Assembly: GCA_964423765.1 (NCBI GenBank)
Contig: CAYRGM010000001.1
Span: 1-38,940, forward strand
Length of the DNA: 38,940 nucleotides
Origin: an uncultured Desulfobulbaceae bacterium
GTDB taxonomy: Bacteria > Desulfobacterota > Desulfobulbia > Desulfobulbales > Desulfobulbaceae
Reading direction: 5' to 3'
Below, piece by piece: positions 1-8,469 of this stretch. Made by a program: the position numbers and the translations under genes. The notes beneath the pieces are model-generated. The model saw only the letters and a list, made by a program, of their open reading frames with translations. It had not been told where the DNA came from and did no database searches. The first letter of the stretch is position 1. Each line of letters starts with the position of its first letter.

Positions 1-14
1 TCGCTCAATTCAGG
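1..14 (+). mobile_element. Right-end fragment of a further MITE-A copy, cut by the window edge
   Basis: TCGCTCAATTCAGG is identical to the right terminus of the three full MITE-A copies. It lies just downstream of the tlpA-like stop. Confidence 0.5.
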
Positions 15-16
15 TA

Positions 17-508
17 TTAGATAAGCGATTCCAGTTTCTTGGATATTTCCTGAATTTTCATACGACCCAAATGGTGATAGCGAATTATACCGTTTGCATC
101 AATAATCATGGTAACTGGGATTGTACTGATTTTGTAATCGGATATCAAACTTCTGGTGGCCAATACAATTGGATAGGAAATTCTATGCTTTTTAACAAAT
201 GCACTTAATCTACTGCGATTTTCTTCAAGGGCAGGGGCAAGGATATGAACCCTGTCGGCAAACCTGGAGTATAGTTCGTTGATAGGAGCGATATTATCCA
301 GGCATCCTGGACACCACGGTGCCCAGAATTCCAGTAGAACTGGTTTGCCAGCTAAGGACTTTAGAGAAACTTGACCGCCGTCAAGGTGTTCAAGGATAAA
401 ATTCGGTGCTTTTGTCCCTATTAACTGTGATTCTGATTTTGAACAGCCTGACATAATGAGAAGTAGGATTGTTAAGAAACATATAAGTTTTAAAATACTT
501 GTCTGCAT
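17..508 (-). CDS. TlpA/ResA-family thiol:disulfide oxidoreductase, predicted lipoprotein
   Basis: Thioredoxin motif WAPWCPGC. Signal peptide ends in a lipobox-like LIMSGC. I prefer the ATG at 508 (MQTSILKL...), which has AAGGA 7 nt upstream. The ORF track start is 553. Confidence 0.85.
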   Translation of the reverse strand: MQTSILKLICFLTILLLIMSGCSKSESQLIGTKAPNFILEHLDGGQVSLKSLAGKPVLLEFWAPWCPGCLDNIAPINELYSRFADRVHILAPALEENRSRLSAFVKKHRISYPIVLATRSLISDYKISTIPVTMIIDANGIIRYHHLGRMKIQEISKKLESLI

Positions 509-636
509 GTTTATATCCTTGGTGTTTTGAAGTGTCCTACTAACAGTAGGCATTAAAAAGTGTGTGAATTATAGTCCACACAGGAGGTGTTACTGTGGTT
601 AAAAAAAACTAACAAGAGAGACATGAAATAGTTTAA

Positions 637-812
637 CCTGAGTTGAGCGATTTTATAACTTGATCTGCACCGATCTCTTGCACGCCAAGGCTTTCCGGAA
701 ATCCTCAACAGGCCAAACGGGTATGCCTGCGGTTTTCGGAAAGCCTTGGTACACAGCAGTGCAACGGCGAGATATCAGCACATATCCGCGTCATAAAATC
801 GCTCAATTCAGG
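637..812 (+). mobile_element. MITE-A copy 1 (176 bp)
   Basis: Termini are CCTGAGTTGAGCGATTTT ... AAAATCGCTCAATTCAGG, an 18 bp TIR with 1 mismatch. Flanked by a perfect 5 bp direct repeat TTTAA (632-636 and 813-817). Internal hairpin CCAAGGCTTTCCG / CGGAAAGCCTTGG. Confidence 0.85.
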
Positions 813-828
813 TTTAAGAAACAGTAAA

Positions 829-1869
829 TTAAAAATCAATTAACTCAACATCAAAGACAAGCCATGCATTTGGGGGAATTACTCCGCCAGCACCCTGCTC
901 TCCGTAAGCCAGATCAGGTGGAATGATTAATGTCCGTTTTTCGCCGCGCTTCATGCGGATAAGAGCTTCATCCCAGCCACGAATAACTTTGCCTGTTCCG
1001 ACTTCAAATTTGATTGGTTCGCCACGGTCGTGAGAAGAATCAAATTTTTGGTTATTTTCCAGTAATCGTCCTGTATAATGGACGGATATGGTGGTTCCCG
1101 GTTCCGGTCTTGCTCCTTGTCCCTCTTGGGTTACTATAAAATACATCCCTGTATGGGTGTGGCGGGCATTGGGCCATTTTTGTTTTATCTTTTGGATAAT
1201 TTTTTTCTGTTCAGCTTTTTCAACTTTTCCTTCTCCCCCTTTAATCTTCTGTTGAGCTCTATCAAAGGCATCCTGCCCGGTTTGGAAACTTTCGGCATCT
1301 TTGCCGATTCTGATGATCTTTACTTGTTGAATGACATCGTTTTGTTGAATTTTATTTACAATATCCTGACCTTCAATTACTTCGCCAAAAATGGTATGTT
1401 TGCCGTTTAGATGAGGAGTCGGAACATGGGTGATAAAAAACTGACTGCCGTTTGTGCCTGGTCCGGCATTGGCCATGGCCAGCAAGCCCGGGCGGTCAAA
1501 GCGTAATTCCGGCAGAAATTCATCGGCAAAAGTATAGCCTGGACCTCCTGTTCCGGTGCCAAGCGGGCAGCCAGCCTGAATCATGAAATTGTCAATGACC
1601 CTGTGAAACTTAAGATCATCGAAGAAAGGGGTTCCCGTGGCTTTTTCTGCCCCACCAAGATGCATGGTTCCCTCAGCAAGACTGATAAAGTTTATAACAG
1701 TAAGCGGTGTATTAGTATAATCTAATTTGAGTATAATGTCACCCTTGTTGGTCTGTATTTTTGCATAAAGTCCATCGTCCATATTTGTTTCCTTTGCCTG
1801 TAATGGTTGGTGGTTCAGGCAGATTAGAGCCGCCAGTAAGGTAAATATCATTGAAGGTAATTTTATCAT
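829..1869 (-). CDS. Secreted dual peptidyl-prolyl isomerase: N-terminal cyclophilin domain fused to C-terminal FKBP domain
   Basis: Signal peptide [25 protein letters not shown]. Cyclophilin motifs [13 protein letters not shown] and GSQFFIT. FKBP motifs [16 protein letters not shown] and LVFDVELI. Confidence 0.9.
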   Translation of the reverse strand: MIKLPSMIFTLLAALICLNHQPLQAKETNMDDGLYAKIQTNKGDIILKLDYTNTPLTVINFISLAEGTMHLGGAEKATGTPFFDDLKFHRVIDNFMIQAGCPLGTGTGGPGYTFADEFLPELRFDRPGLLAMANAGPGTNGSQFFITHVPTPHLNGKHTIFGEVIEGQDIVNKIQQNDVIQQVKIIRIGKDAESFQTGQDAFDRAQQKIKGGEGKVEKAEQKKIIQKIKQKWPNARHTHTGMYFIVTQEGQGARPEPGTTISVHYTGRLLENNQKFDSSHDRGEPIKFEVGTGKVIRGWDEALIRMKRGEKRTLIIPPDLAYGEQGAGGVIPPNAWLVFDVELIDF

Positions 1870-1904
1870 GATGCCATACTCCAGTTGTCATTGTTTATCT
1901 TTTT

Positions 1905-1978
1905 GTAACCGTTTACCAGTGTCTTGCGGAGTTTTGGTTCCTTGCTTACCTGTTCGTTCATTTCGCTGAATAGTTATG
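1905..1978 (-). repeat. Composite dispersed repeat (terminus-like module GTAACCGTTTACCAG plus CGGAGT..GTTCCTTGCTTACCTGTTC plus GTTCATTTCGCTGAATAGTTA)
   Basis: The same modules recur at 24337-24541, 24408-24460 and 8356-8381. Confidence 0.5.
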
Positions 1979-1986
1979 TATTTTGC

Positions 1987-2541
1987 TCACTCGGTGTTTT
2001 TTTGCTGATCGGATGGCTTGGCATAACTATCCAGAACGCCATGGATCATATCCGGCAGGTCGTTTGGCTGTCGGGAACTGCGTTGTAACTGTTTCAGGCA
2101 TTTGTCCAGGGTCAGCCGTTCTCCTAAAAAAATATGACGGAGGATCAGAGATGTCAGGCGGGTGATGGTGGTCAGGTTTGAGATTCGTGACTGGAGGTGG
2201 TCGTCACGATCAAAAGCAGTTGACGCAAAAACTTCTACAGGGTTACCATCAACTTCACTGACTGATAGATACCATTTATTGTTTTCTCTGTCTATAGTCC
2301 GGTATCTTTTTCCGTCCAAAACATCAGGAGGCTCTATGTCATCAGCGGTTGTGGCTGACCGGGAGCGGGGAATAATGGGTTCGTCATAGAGTTCCAGCCA
2401 TATCTTTCTGATGATGTGTGGATGTTCTGCTGCCATTGTCATTGTTGACCGGCAGGGTGAGCATAAGCTACGGACCCCGCAGGTGTGCAATTTTTTCGGT
2501 TTATTGCAGAGTTGGCAATATGCTTTTTGATTATTTGTCAA
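1987..2541 (-). CDS. Stand-alone TSCPD-domain protein (paralog of the NrdJ C-terminal domain) with an N-terminal Cys-rich, Zn-ribbon-like segment
   Basis: Residues about 70-175 align by eye with the C-terminus of the nrdJ product in this window: PPDVLDGKRYRTID..PVEVFAS..TTITRLTSLILRH versus LPDVLSAKRYRLKD..PMEVFAK..TTTCRLVSLALRY. The N-terminus carries CQLC...C....CSPC. TTG start with GGAGAG upstream. Confidence 0.65.
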   Translation of the reverse strand: MTNNQKAYCQLCNKPKKLHTCGVRSLCSPCRSTMTMAAEHPHIIRKIWLELYDEPIIPRSRSATTADDIEPPDVLDGKRYRTIDRENNKWYLSVSEVDGNPVEVFASTAFDRDDHLQSRISNLTTITRLTSLILRHIFLGERLTLDKCLKQLQRSSRQPNDLPDMIHGVLDSYAKPSDQQKNTE

Positions 2542-2680
2542 AAATACTCTCCTCTTGAAACTAAATTACATGCCAGCAGTAAAAAACTTTGCAGGTGTTT
2601 GTACTATTATTGCCTGTTTATCATCCGTATATAGCAACATTATCTTTTCGCCTGCTATTATTTATGGTAGCTTATAAAGT

Positions 2681-2841
2681 CCTGAGTTGAGCGATTTTTT
2701 AGCTTGATCTGTGCCGATCTCTTGCACGCCAAGGCTTCCCACAAATCCTCAACAGACCAACGGGTATGCCTGCGGTTTTCGAAAAACCTTGGCATACAAG
2801 GTATCAGCACATATCTGCGTCATACAATCGCTCAATTCAGG
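2681..2841 (+). mobile_element. MITE-A copy 2 (161 bp)
   Basis: Same TIRs as copy 1. Perfect 5 bp TSD AAAGT (2676-2680 and 2842-2846). Lies between the divergent TSCPD gene and ileS. Confidence 0.85.
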
Positions 2842-3029
2842 AAAGTATTATTCTGCCATTTTTGCAAGAAAAAATATAATTTGCAAGGGGAAAAATATGC
2901 GTCACAGAAACCAGATGGCAAAATTCAGCTAACAGAGGTTGCCGATGGGGTATATTTTTTGTCCAAACGGGGACGCACTTGCAGGATGCAGGGACGGGGT
3001 ATTACCGTTCTTATTAGCTGCGTGTAGAG

Positions 3030-5885
3030 ATGAAAACAAAAAACAAAAAAACCATGGATTATCGGAACACACTTAACCTGCCCAAAACAAAATTCAAGAT
3101 GAAGGCTAATCTTGCCCAGAAAGAACCTGCTTATCTTAAACGCTGGGATAAAGAGAAACTTTATCAAAAGCTGGAGATTTTCTCTGCGGGGCGGCCTCGT
3201 TATATTCTTCATGACGGCCCGCCCTATGCCAACGGCAATATTCATCTTGGTACTGCTTTTAATAAGGTTTTGAAAGATATTATCCTTCGTAGTCGAAGAA
3301 TGGCAGGTTTTGATGTGCCCTATGTGCCTGGCTGGGACTGTCATGGTCTGCCCATTGAGCATAATGTGGATAAGGAGCTGGGCGAAAAGAAAAAAACTAT
3401 TCCTATTCTTGCTAAACGAAATGCCTGCCGTAAGTATGCCCAAAAATGGATCAAGATTCAAAAAGAACAGTTTAAGCGGCTCGGGGTACTGGGTGACTGG
3501 GATGACCCTTATCTGACTATAAATTTTCAGTATGAAGCAGATATTGCCTCTGAATTTAATAAATTCATACTTTCCGGCTCGGTTGTCCGTGCCCGTAAAC
3601 CTATTTACTGGTGTTCAACCTGCCGGACGGCCCTTGCTGAAGCTGAAGTTGATTATGCCGACCATACCTCTCCTTCTGTTTATGTGAAGTTTCCTCTTAA
3701 GCAGGACCCGGAGGTGATAGCTCCAGAACTTGCCGGCACTAAGGTTTTTGTCTTGATCTGGACTACCACTCCCTGGACTCTGCCGGCTAACCTGGGCATA
3801 GCTCTTCATCCTGATCTTATTTATGCGGCAGTGGCTGTTAATGGTGAAGTGTGGATACTTGCTGAAGATCTGGTTGAACAATGTTTTGCTGAGTTTGAGA
3901 TTGATGATTACCGGATTATTACCACATTTAAGGCCGCATCATTGGCAGGTAAAAAATGCCGGCATCCTTTTATGGAGCGTGATTCCCTGCTGCTACTGGC
4001 TGATTATGTGACTGCCGACTCCGGTACCGGCTGTGTCCATACTGCCCCGGGTCATGGTGTCGATGACTATCTGACCGGACTTCGCTATGGTCTTGATATT
4101 CTTTCGCCGGTTGATGACACCGGTCATTATACGAAAGAGGCTGGAAAATATGCGGGAGAGCAGGTGCCGGCGGTAAATAAAAGGATTAACCGAGATTTGT
4201 GGGAAGCCGGTGATATGGTTAAGGAAACTGCCATAAACCATAGTTATCCACATTGTTGGCGATGCAAAAAACCGGTCATGTATCGGGCCACTAAACAGTG
4301 GTTTATCTCCATGGCCAACAACGATCTTCGCCAAAAAGCCTTAAAGGAAGTTAAAAAAGTAACCTGGACCCCGGCCTGGGGAGAACAACGAATATACGGG
4401 ATGATTGAATCTCGTCCTGACTGGTGCCTTTCCCGGCAGCGAAGCTGGGGAGTGCCGCTCACCGTTTTGACCTGTAAGGATTGTGGAGAAGTCTTGAGGA
4501 ATAAAGAAGTATGCCGCCGGATTGAAGATAAATTTGCCCGAGAAGGTGCTGATGCCTGGTTTAAATATGAGGCGGCTGATTTTGTCGGGGAAGATCTACA
4601 ATGTGGCTGCGGTTCAAGTTCATTTTGTAAAGAAACCGATATTCTTGATGTCTGGTTTGATTCCGGGGTCAGCCATGCTGCTGTTTTGGAGCGACGGGAT
4701 AATCTGGAGTCTCCGGCGGATCTCTATCTTGAGGGTAGTGATCAGCATCGGGGCTGGTTTCAGTCTTCCCTACTTGCCTCGGTGGGAACCAGGGGGCGGG
4801 CACCGTACAGGGAAGTTTTAACCCATGGTTATGTGGTGGACGGTCACGGTAAAAAAATGTCCAAGTCTGTGGGTAATGTAATTGTTCCCCAGGAAGTGAT
4901 TGATAAGTATGGGGCTGAAGTTTTGCGTCTCTGGGTATCGAGTGAGAATTATCATGATGATGTCAAGGTGTCAGATGAAATATTGAGGCGGGTTGCCGAT
5001 GCATATCGGAAAATGCGCAACACCATCCGTTTCCTGCTGTCAAATTTATCTGGTTTTGACCCTGACCAGGATATGGTTACCGAATTTGCTCAGTTCAGTG
5101 AACTTGATCGCTGGGCCTTGAGCCGATATGCCGAGCTTGTGCGGCGGGTGACCAGAGCCTATGATGAGTATGAGTTCCATGCCATTTACCATGCTCTTAA
5201 TAATTTTTGCGGAACTGTCGTCTCCAATATTTATATGGATGTCCTGAAAGACCGGCTTTACTGTTCGGCTCCGGACGATCCTCATCGCCGGGCCGCCCAG
5301 AGTGTTATTTATCGGATTCTTGATGGGCTTCTTAAGCTAATGTCGCCGGTGTTGTGTTTCACCACTGCCGAGGCCTGGGAGCATCTCCATGAACTTGCTC
5401 AGGATGCACCCCTTGAGTCCTCTGTATTTTTCACGGAATTTCCACTGGTTAATGATATTATAGAGGATGATGAGTTTGAACAGCGATGGCAGCAGCTTTT
5501 AGTTTTGCGTCGGGAAATCACCAGGGTGCTGGAGGCTGCCCGTCGGGATAAAATCATCGGTCTTTCCCTTGATGCTGAAGTGTTACTTGCTGCCCAGGGT
5601 GAACTTTACGGATTTCTTCAGAATAATTCAGATCGTTTGCAGGAATTATGTATAGTCTCAAGCCTGCTGGTTGTGGATGTGAACGAGGCCGGTGGTGGTG
5701 AGGGTGGCAGCTCCAGCCCCCCGTTTGTCCACGGAGAAGAGGTGGAAGGGCTCTTGCTTTTTATCCAGCCCGCTGCAGGGAAGAAATGTGAGCGTTGTTG
5801 GGTGATTGAGTCATCTGTGGGGGCTGATGAGGAACATTCATCGTTATGTAAGCGTTGTCTGCAGGTAGTCAGGGAGTTGATTTAG
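3030..5885 (+). CDS. ileS: Isoleucine--tRNA ligase
   Basis: 951 aa with class I aaRS motifs PYANGNIHLGT (HIGH) and KMSKS, plus C-terminal CxxC...CxxC. The true start may be the ATG at 3054 (MDYRNTLNLPKT). Confidence 0.97.
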   Translation: MKTKNKKTMDYRNTLNLPKTKFKMKANLAQKEPAYLKRWDKEKLYQKLEIFSAGRPRYILHDGPPYANGNIHLGTAFNKVLKDIILRSRRMAGFDVPYVPGWDCHGLPIEHNVDKELGEKKKTIPILAKRNACRKYAQKWIKIQKEQFKRLGVLGDWDDPYLTINFQYEADIASEFNKFILSGSVVRARKPIYWCSTCRTALAEAEVDYADHTSPSVYVKFPLKQDPEVIAPELAGTKVFVLIWTTTPWTLPANLGIALHPDLIYAAVAVNGEVWILAEDLVEQCFAEFEIDDYRIITTFKAASLAGKKCRHPFMERDSLLLLADYVTADSGTGCVHTAPGHGVDDYLTGLRYGLDILSPVDDTGHYTKEAGKYAGEQVPAVNKRINRDLWEAGDMVKETAINHSYPHCWRCKKPVMYRATKQWFISMANNDLRQKALKEVKKVTWTPAWGEQRIYGMIESRPDWCLSRQRSWGVPLTVLTCKDCGEVLRNKEVCRRIEDKFAREGADAWFKYEAADFVGEDLQCGCGSSSFCKETDILDVWFDSGVSHAAVLERRDNLESPADLYLEGSDQHRGWFQSSLLASVGTRGRAPYREVLTHGYVVDGHGKKMSKSVGNVIVPQEVIDKYGAEVLRLWVSSENYHDDVKVSDEILRRVADAYRKMRNTIRFLLSNLSGFDPDQDMVTEFAQFSELDRWALSRYAELVRRVTRAYDEYEFHAIYHALNNFCGTVVSNIYMDVLKDRLYCSAPDDPHRRAAQSVIYRILDGLLKLMSPVLCFTTAEAWEHLHELAQDAPLESSVFFTEFPLVNDIIEDDEFEQRWQQLLVLRREITRVLEAARRDKIIGLSLDAEVLLAAQGELYGFLQNNSDRLQELCIVSSLLVVDVNEAGGGEGGSSSPPFVHGEEVEGLLLFIQPAAGKKCERCWVIESSVGADEEHSSLCKRCLQVVRELI

Positions 5886-6371
5886 ATGATTAATCGTCGT
5901 TTTATCGGGATATTTTTGCTGGTTGTTATTCTTGATCAGATCAGTAAGTGGTGGATCTTGGCGAATTTTCGTCTGCATGAGTCATGGGAAATAATTCCCG
6001 GTTTTTTTCACCTCACCTATTTGACCAACACCGGGGCCGCCTTTGGAATCATGGCCGGTCCTCCTTCCCTTGGCCGGCTACTTTTTTTCGTTGTAGTCGT
6101 GACCATTGCCTTGGTGGTAATTTATTACCTTCATAAACAGGTGGTGGAGGAATCCCGCTGGTACACGGTGAGCCTGGCGATGATCAGCGGCGGAGCCGTT
6201 GGTAATCTGATTGATCGGATCAGACACGGGGCCGTGGTTGATTATTTTGATTTTTTTATCGGGGAGCGGCATTGGCCTGTTTTTAATGTGGCTGATGTGG
6301 CTATTACTACCGGGGTATTAATTTTTCTGTTTTTGAATTTTCTGGAATTCAGGGCAGCACGAGAGCGTTAA
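5886..6371 (+). CDS. lspA: Lipoprotein signal peptidase (signal peptidase II)
   Basis: 161 aa membrane protein with NTGAAFG and FNVAD motifs. The ATG directly abuts the ileS stop, which is the conserved ileS-lspA arrangement. Confidence 0.93.
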   Translation: MINRRFIGIFLLVVILDQISKWWILANFRLHESWEIIPGFFHLTYLTNTGAAFGIMAGPPSLGRLLFFVVVVTIALVVIYYLHKQVVEESRWYTVSLAMISGGAVGNLIDRIRHGAVVDYFDFFIGERHWPVFNVADVAITTGVLIFLFLNFLEFRAARER

Positions 6372-6384
6372 GTGTTGTGTTGTG

Positions 6385-6448
6385 GTAACCGTTCACCAGC
6401 ACCGCATCTCCGCTGGTACTGCATCATCGAACGATCATGGATTCAGGA
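6385..6448 (-). repeat. Dispersed repeat modules: GTAACCGTTCACCAGCACC followed by ACTGCATCATCGAACGATCATGGATTCAGGA
   Basis: The first module recurs at least 7 more times in the window. The second recurs inverted at about 14333-14370 with roughly 85% identity by eye. Confidence 0.55.
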
Positions 6449-6625
6449 TTAACTAATTTAATAGCATAGGAATTTTCATTTTCGGGCAATTGTATCATCA
6501 TGGTTATGTGTCACGCGTGGTGCGATATCATCAGTTGATGTCGTTAACTTTACAATCAATTGATAATAATCAATTATTAACAGACTAAAAGCCTGCCCGA
6601 AGGGCGCTAAATTTAGAATAGAAAC

Positions 6626-7570
6626 ATGAAAAAAACAGCTATACTCTTTCCCGGTCAGGGATCACAGTTTGTCGGTATGGGTCATGAACTGGTCAATGAA
6701 AACTCCAGTGCAGATTCTCTCTTCAGCATGGCAGAAGATATGAGTGGCCTGCCATTACGGGAGCTATGTTTTGCCGGTCCGCTTGAAGAGCTGACCAGGG
6801 TGCTGCATCTACAGCCGGCTTTGACCATGATAAATATGGCATGTTACCGGCATCTTTGCCGACTTGCTCCTGATTTTACCCCTGCTTTTGTGGGAGGGCA
6901 TAGTCTAGGCGAATATTCAGCTCTGTTTGCAGCCGAGGTGGTGAGCGAAGAAGATACCATCAGATTGGTGACCAAACGAGGTGAGCTGATGGAGAGGGAA
7001 AGTACTGCCAATCCGGGCGGGATGCGGGCTGTGCTTGGTTTGAGCCTTGCCGAGATTGAGAATATTGTCAACGGTTGCAGCAAAGGTGTGGTGGTGGTTG
7101 CTAACCATAACTCTGAGAAACAGGTGGTTATTTCAGGCGACCAGTACGGGTTGGATGAGGCCTCCGGCTTATGTGCGGATTTGGGCGGCAAGGTGATTCC
7201 CCTGAAAGTCAGCGGTGCCAATCATTCTCCCCTGGTTGCCGGAGCAGTGAGAGATTTTGAGATCTTTATGCAGGAAATTGATTTTCGGCCCCCGCGTGTA
7301 CCAATACTTTTTAATGTTACTGCAGAGCACGAAGATAACCCGGCGGCTATCAGGCAGATAATGACCCGGCAGATAGCTACAAGGGTAAGATGGCTCGAGA
7401 TTATCGAGCGAATGCAGGCTGAAGGTGTGGAGTTGTTTGTTGAGCTGGGACCTAAAACCGTGCTGACCGGTCTGTTGAAAAAAATATTAGGACGAAAATC
7501 GTCGTTGATCTGTATGCAGGCTGATACACCCGAGAGCATTGCCAGGGTGGTGGATGAAATAGGTGGTTGA
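6626..7570 (+). CDS. fabD: Malonyl-CoA:ACP transacylase
   Basis: FPGQGSQ and the active-site motif GHSLGEYSAL. 314 aa. Confidence 0.93.
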   Translation: MKKTAILFPGQGSQFVGMGHELVNENSSADSLFSMAEDMSGLPLRELCFAGPLEELTRVLHLQPALTMINMACYRHLCRLAPDFTPAFVGGHSLGEYSALFAAEVVSEEDTIRLVTKRGELMERESTANPGGMRAVLGLSLAEIENIVNGCSKGVVVVANHNSEKQVVISGDQYGLDEASGLCADLGGKVIPLKVSGANHSPLVAGAVRDFEIFMQEIDFRPPRVPILFNVTAEHEDNPAAIRQIMTRQIATRVRWLEIIERMQAEGVELFVELGPKTVLTGLLKKILGRKSSLICMQADTPESIARVVDEIGG

Positions 7571-7671
7571 CAATAGATTCTGGAAATTATTTTTTCTGGA
7601 GTTTTAGTGAACGGTTACCAATAAAACAGCATTTGAAGTACAATCTTACAGTAGAATATTGGAGGTTATAA

Positions 7672-7893
7672 ATGTCAACGGCACTCAAACAAGTAATTGA
7701 GAATATTGGACATTTAACATCAGATGAAAAAGCATTAGTTGCCCATTGTCTTATTTCATTGCTGGAAGTAAAACATGATGATAGTGTAGACGAAGCATGG
7801 AGTGAGTTAGCACAAAAAAGGTTTATGGAGCTTGAGTCAGGAGCTACAAATGGCGTTTCATGGAACAAGATAAGAAGCAAAGTAAAAGGGTGA
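7672..7893 (+). CDS. Putative addiction-module antitoxin component (TIGR02574-like)
   Basis: 73 aa. The pattern L..ER..LA..LL.SL....D...AW..E...R..EL.SG matches that family. It sits 1 nt upstream of a ParE/RelE-like reading frame. Confidence 0.7.
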   Translation: MSTALKQVIENIGHLTSDEKALVAHCLISLLEVKHDDSVDEAWSELAQKRFMELESGATNGVSWNKIRSKVKG

Positions 7894-7894
7894 A

Positions 7895-8188
7895 ATGATA
7901 AATATCATATTTCACCCTGATATTGAGCATGAGGTTAAATCTTCCTACATATGGTATTAAAATAAAGCTAACGGTTTGGGTGAGGACTTTCTATCTGAAC
8001 TTGAAGCCGCATACCAGGCAATTATTGAGCTTCCAGACACATGGCCAAAGTTTCCAAAAGGTTTTCGCAGGTTTTTGCTAAGCAAATTTCCGTTTTCAAT
8101 AATTTATAAATTTAATGGTAAAACAGTTTTTGTTGTCGCTGTAATGCACAATAGCAGAAAACCAGGTTACTGGATTCAAAGAACATAA
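7895..8188 (+). pseudogene. ParE/RelE-family toxin interrupted by an in-frame TAA at 7958-7960
   Basis: The ATG at 7895 gives MINIIFHPDIEHEVKSSYIWY*NKANGLGEDFLSELEAAY...VVAVMHNSRKPGYW. This is colinear with full-length ParE/RelE toxins, and the stop sits where WYE is usual (GAA to TAA). Confidence 0.7.
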
Positions 8189-8342
8189 AAGAGACATAAT
8201 CGCAGAAACAAAACTGGCAGGTGAAGCAAGGCTAATTTTAATTCATGTAGAAAGCCAAGTTCAAAGAACTCCAGACTATAACCGTAAAATGTTTAAATAT
8301 TTTGTCCATCCGTATGAAAAATACCATAAATATTCGGATTAA
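8187..8342 (+). pseudogene. Fragment (about 50 codons) of an Rpn/YhgA-like PD-(D/E)XK nuclease / putative transposase gene
   Basis: The translation KRDIIAETKLAGEARLILIHVESQVQRTPDYNRKMFKYFVHPYEKYHKYSD* resembles the conserved core (..D.v.k..l..ge...lihiE.Q......f..RM..Y...l..ky) of that family. It has no start codon and is truncated at both ends. Confidence 0.35.
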
Positions 8343-8469
8343 CAAAAGAAATTCTGTAACTATTCAGCGAGATGAACAAACTCCCATAAACTTGGGCTGT
8401 AAATGTTCTTTGTTCGTTGTCACTTAAGGAGGAGTGTGGAAACGAAGGGGATAAATTTTCCAGATTGAG

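Noticed and set aside
2704-3027. Small ORFs running through MITE-A copies (2704-3027 and 2711-2932 on +, 9943-10125 on -)
   Set aside because: The strand and frame differ between copies, and the ORFs extend into unrelated flanking DNA. They are an artefact of stop-free repeat sequence.
2842-3029. Possible T-box or other leader upstream of ileS
   Set aside because: Only about 190 nt is available. I could not find the conserved T-box sequence (AGGGTGGTACCGCG-like) or a specifier-loop and terminator arrangement. Only a weak promoter-like TTCTGC-18-TATAAT (2851-2880) is present.
6555-6580. AT-rich palindromes resembling Fur boxes (ATCAATTGATAATAATCAATTATT here, AATTGAGAATTGAGAATTGATAATT at 31524-31548, AATTGATAATTGAGAA near 37694)
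   Set aside because: The shared 10-11-mer AATTGATAAT(T) lies in AT-rich DNA and could be chance. The downstream genes (fabD, tamB, SEC-C) are not typical Fur targets, and the match to the 19 bp Fur consensus is partial.
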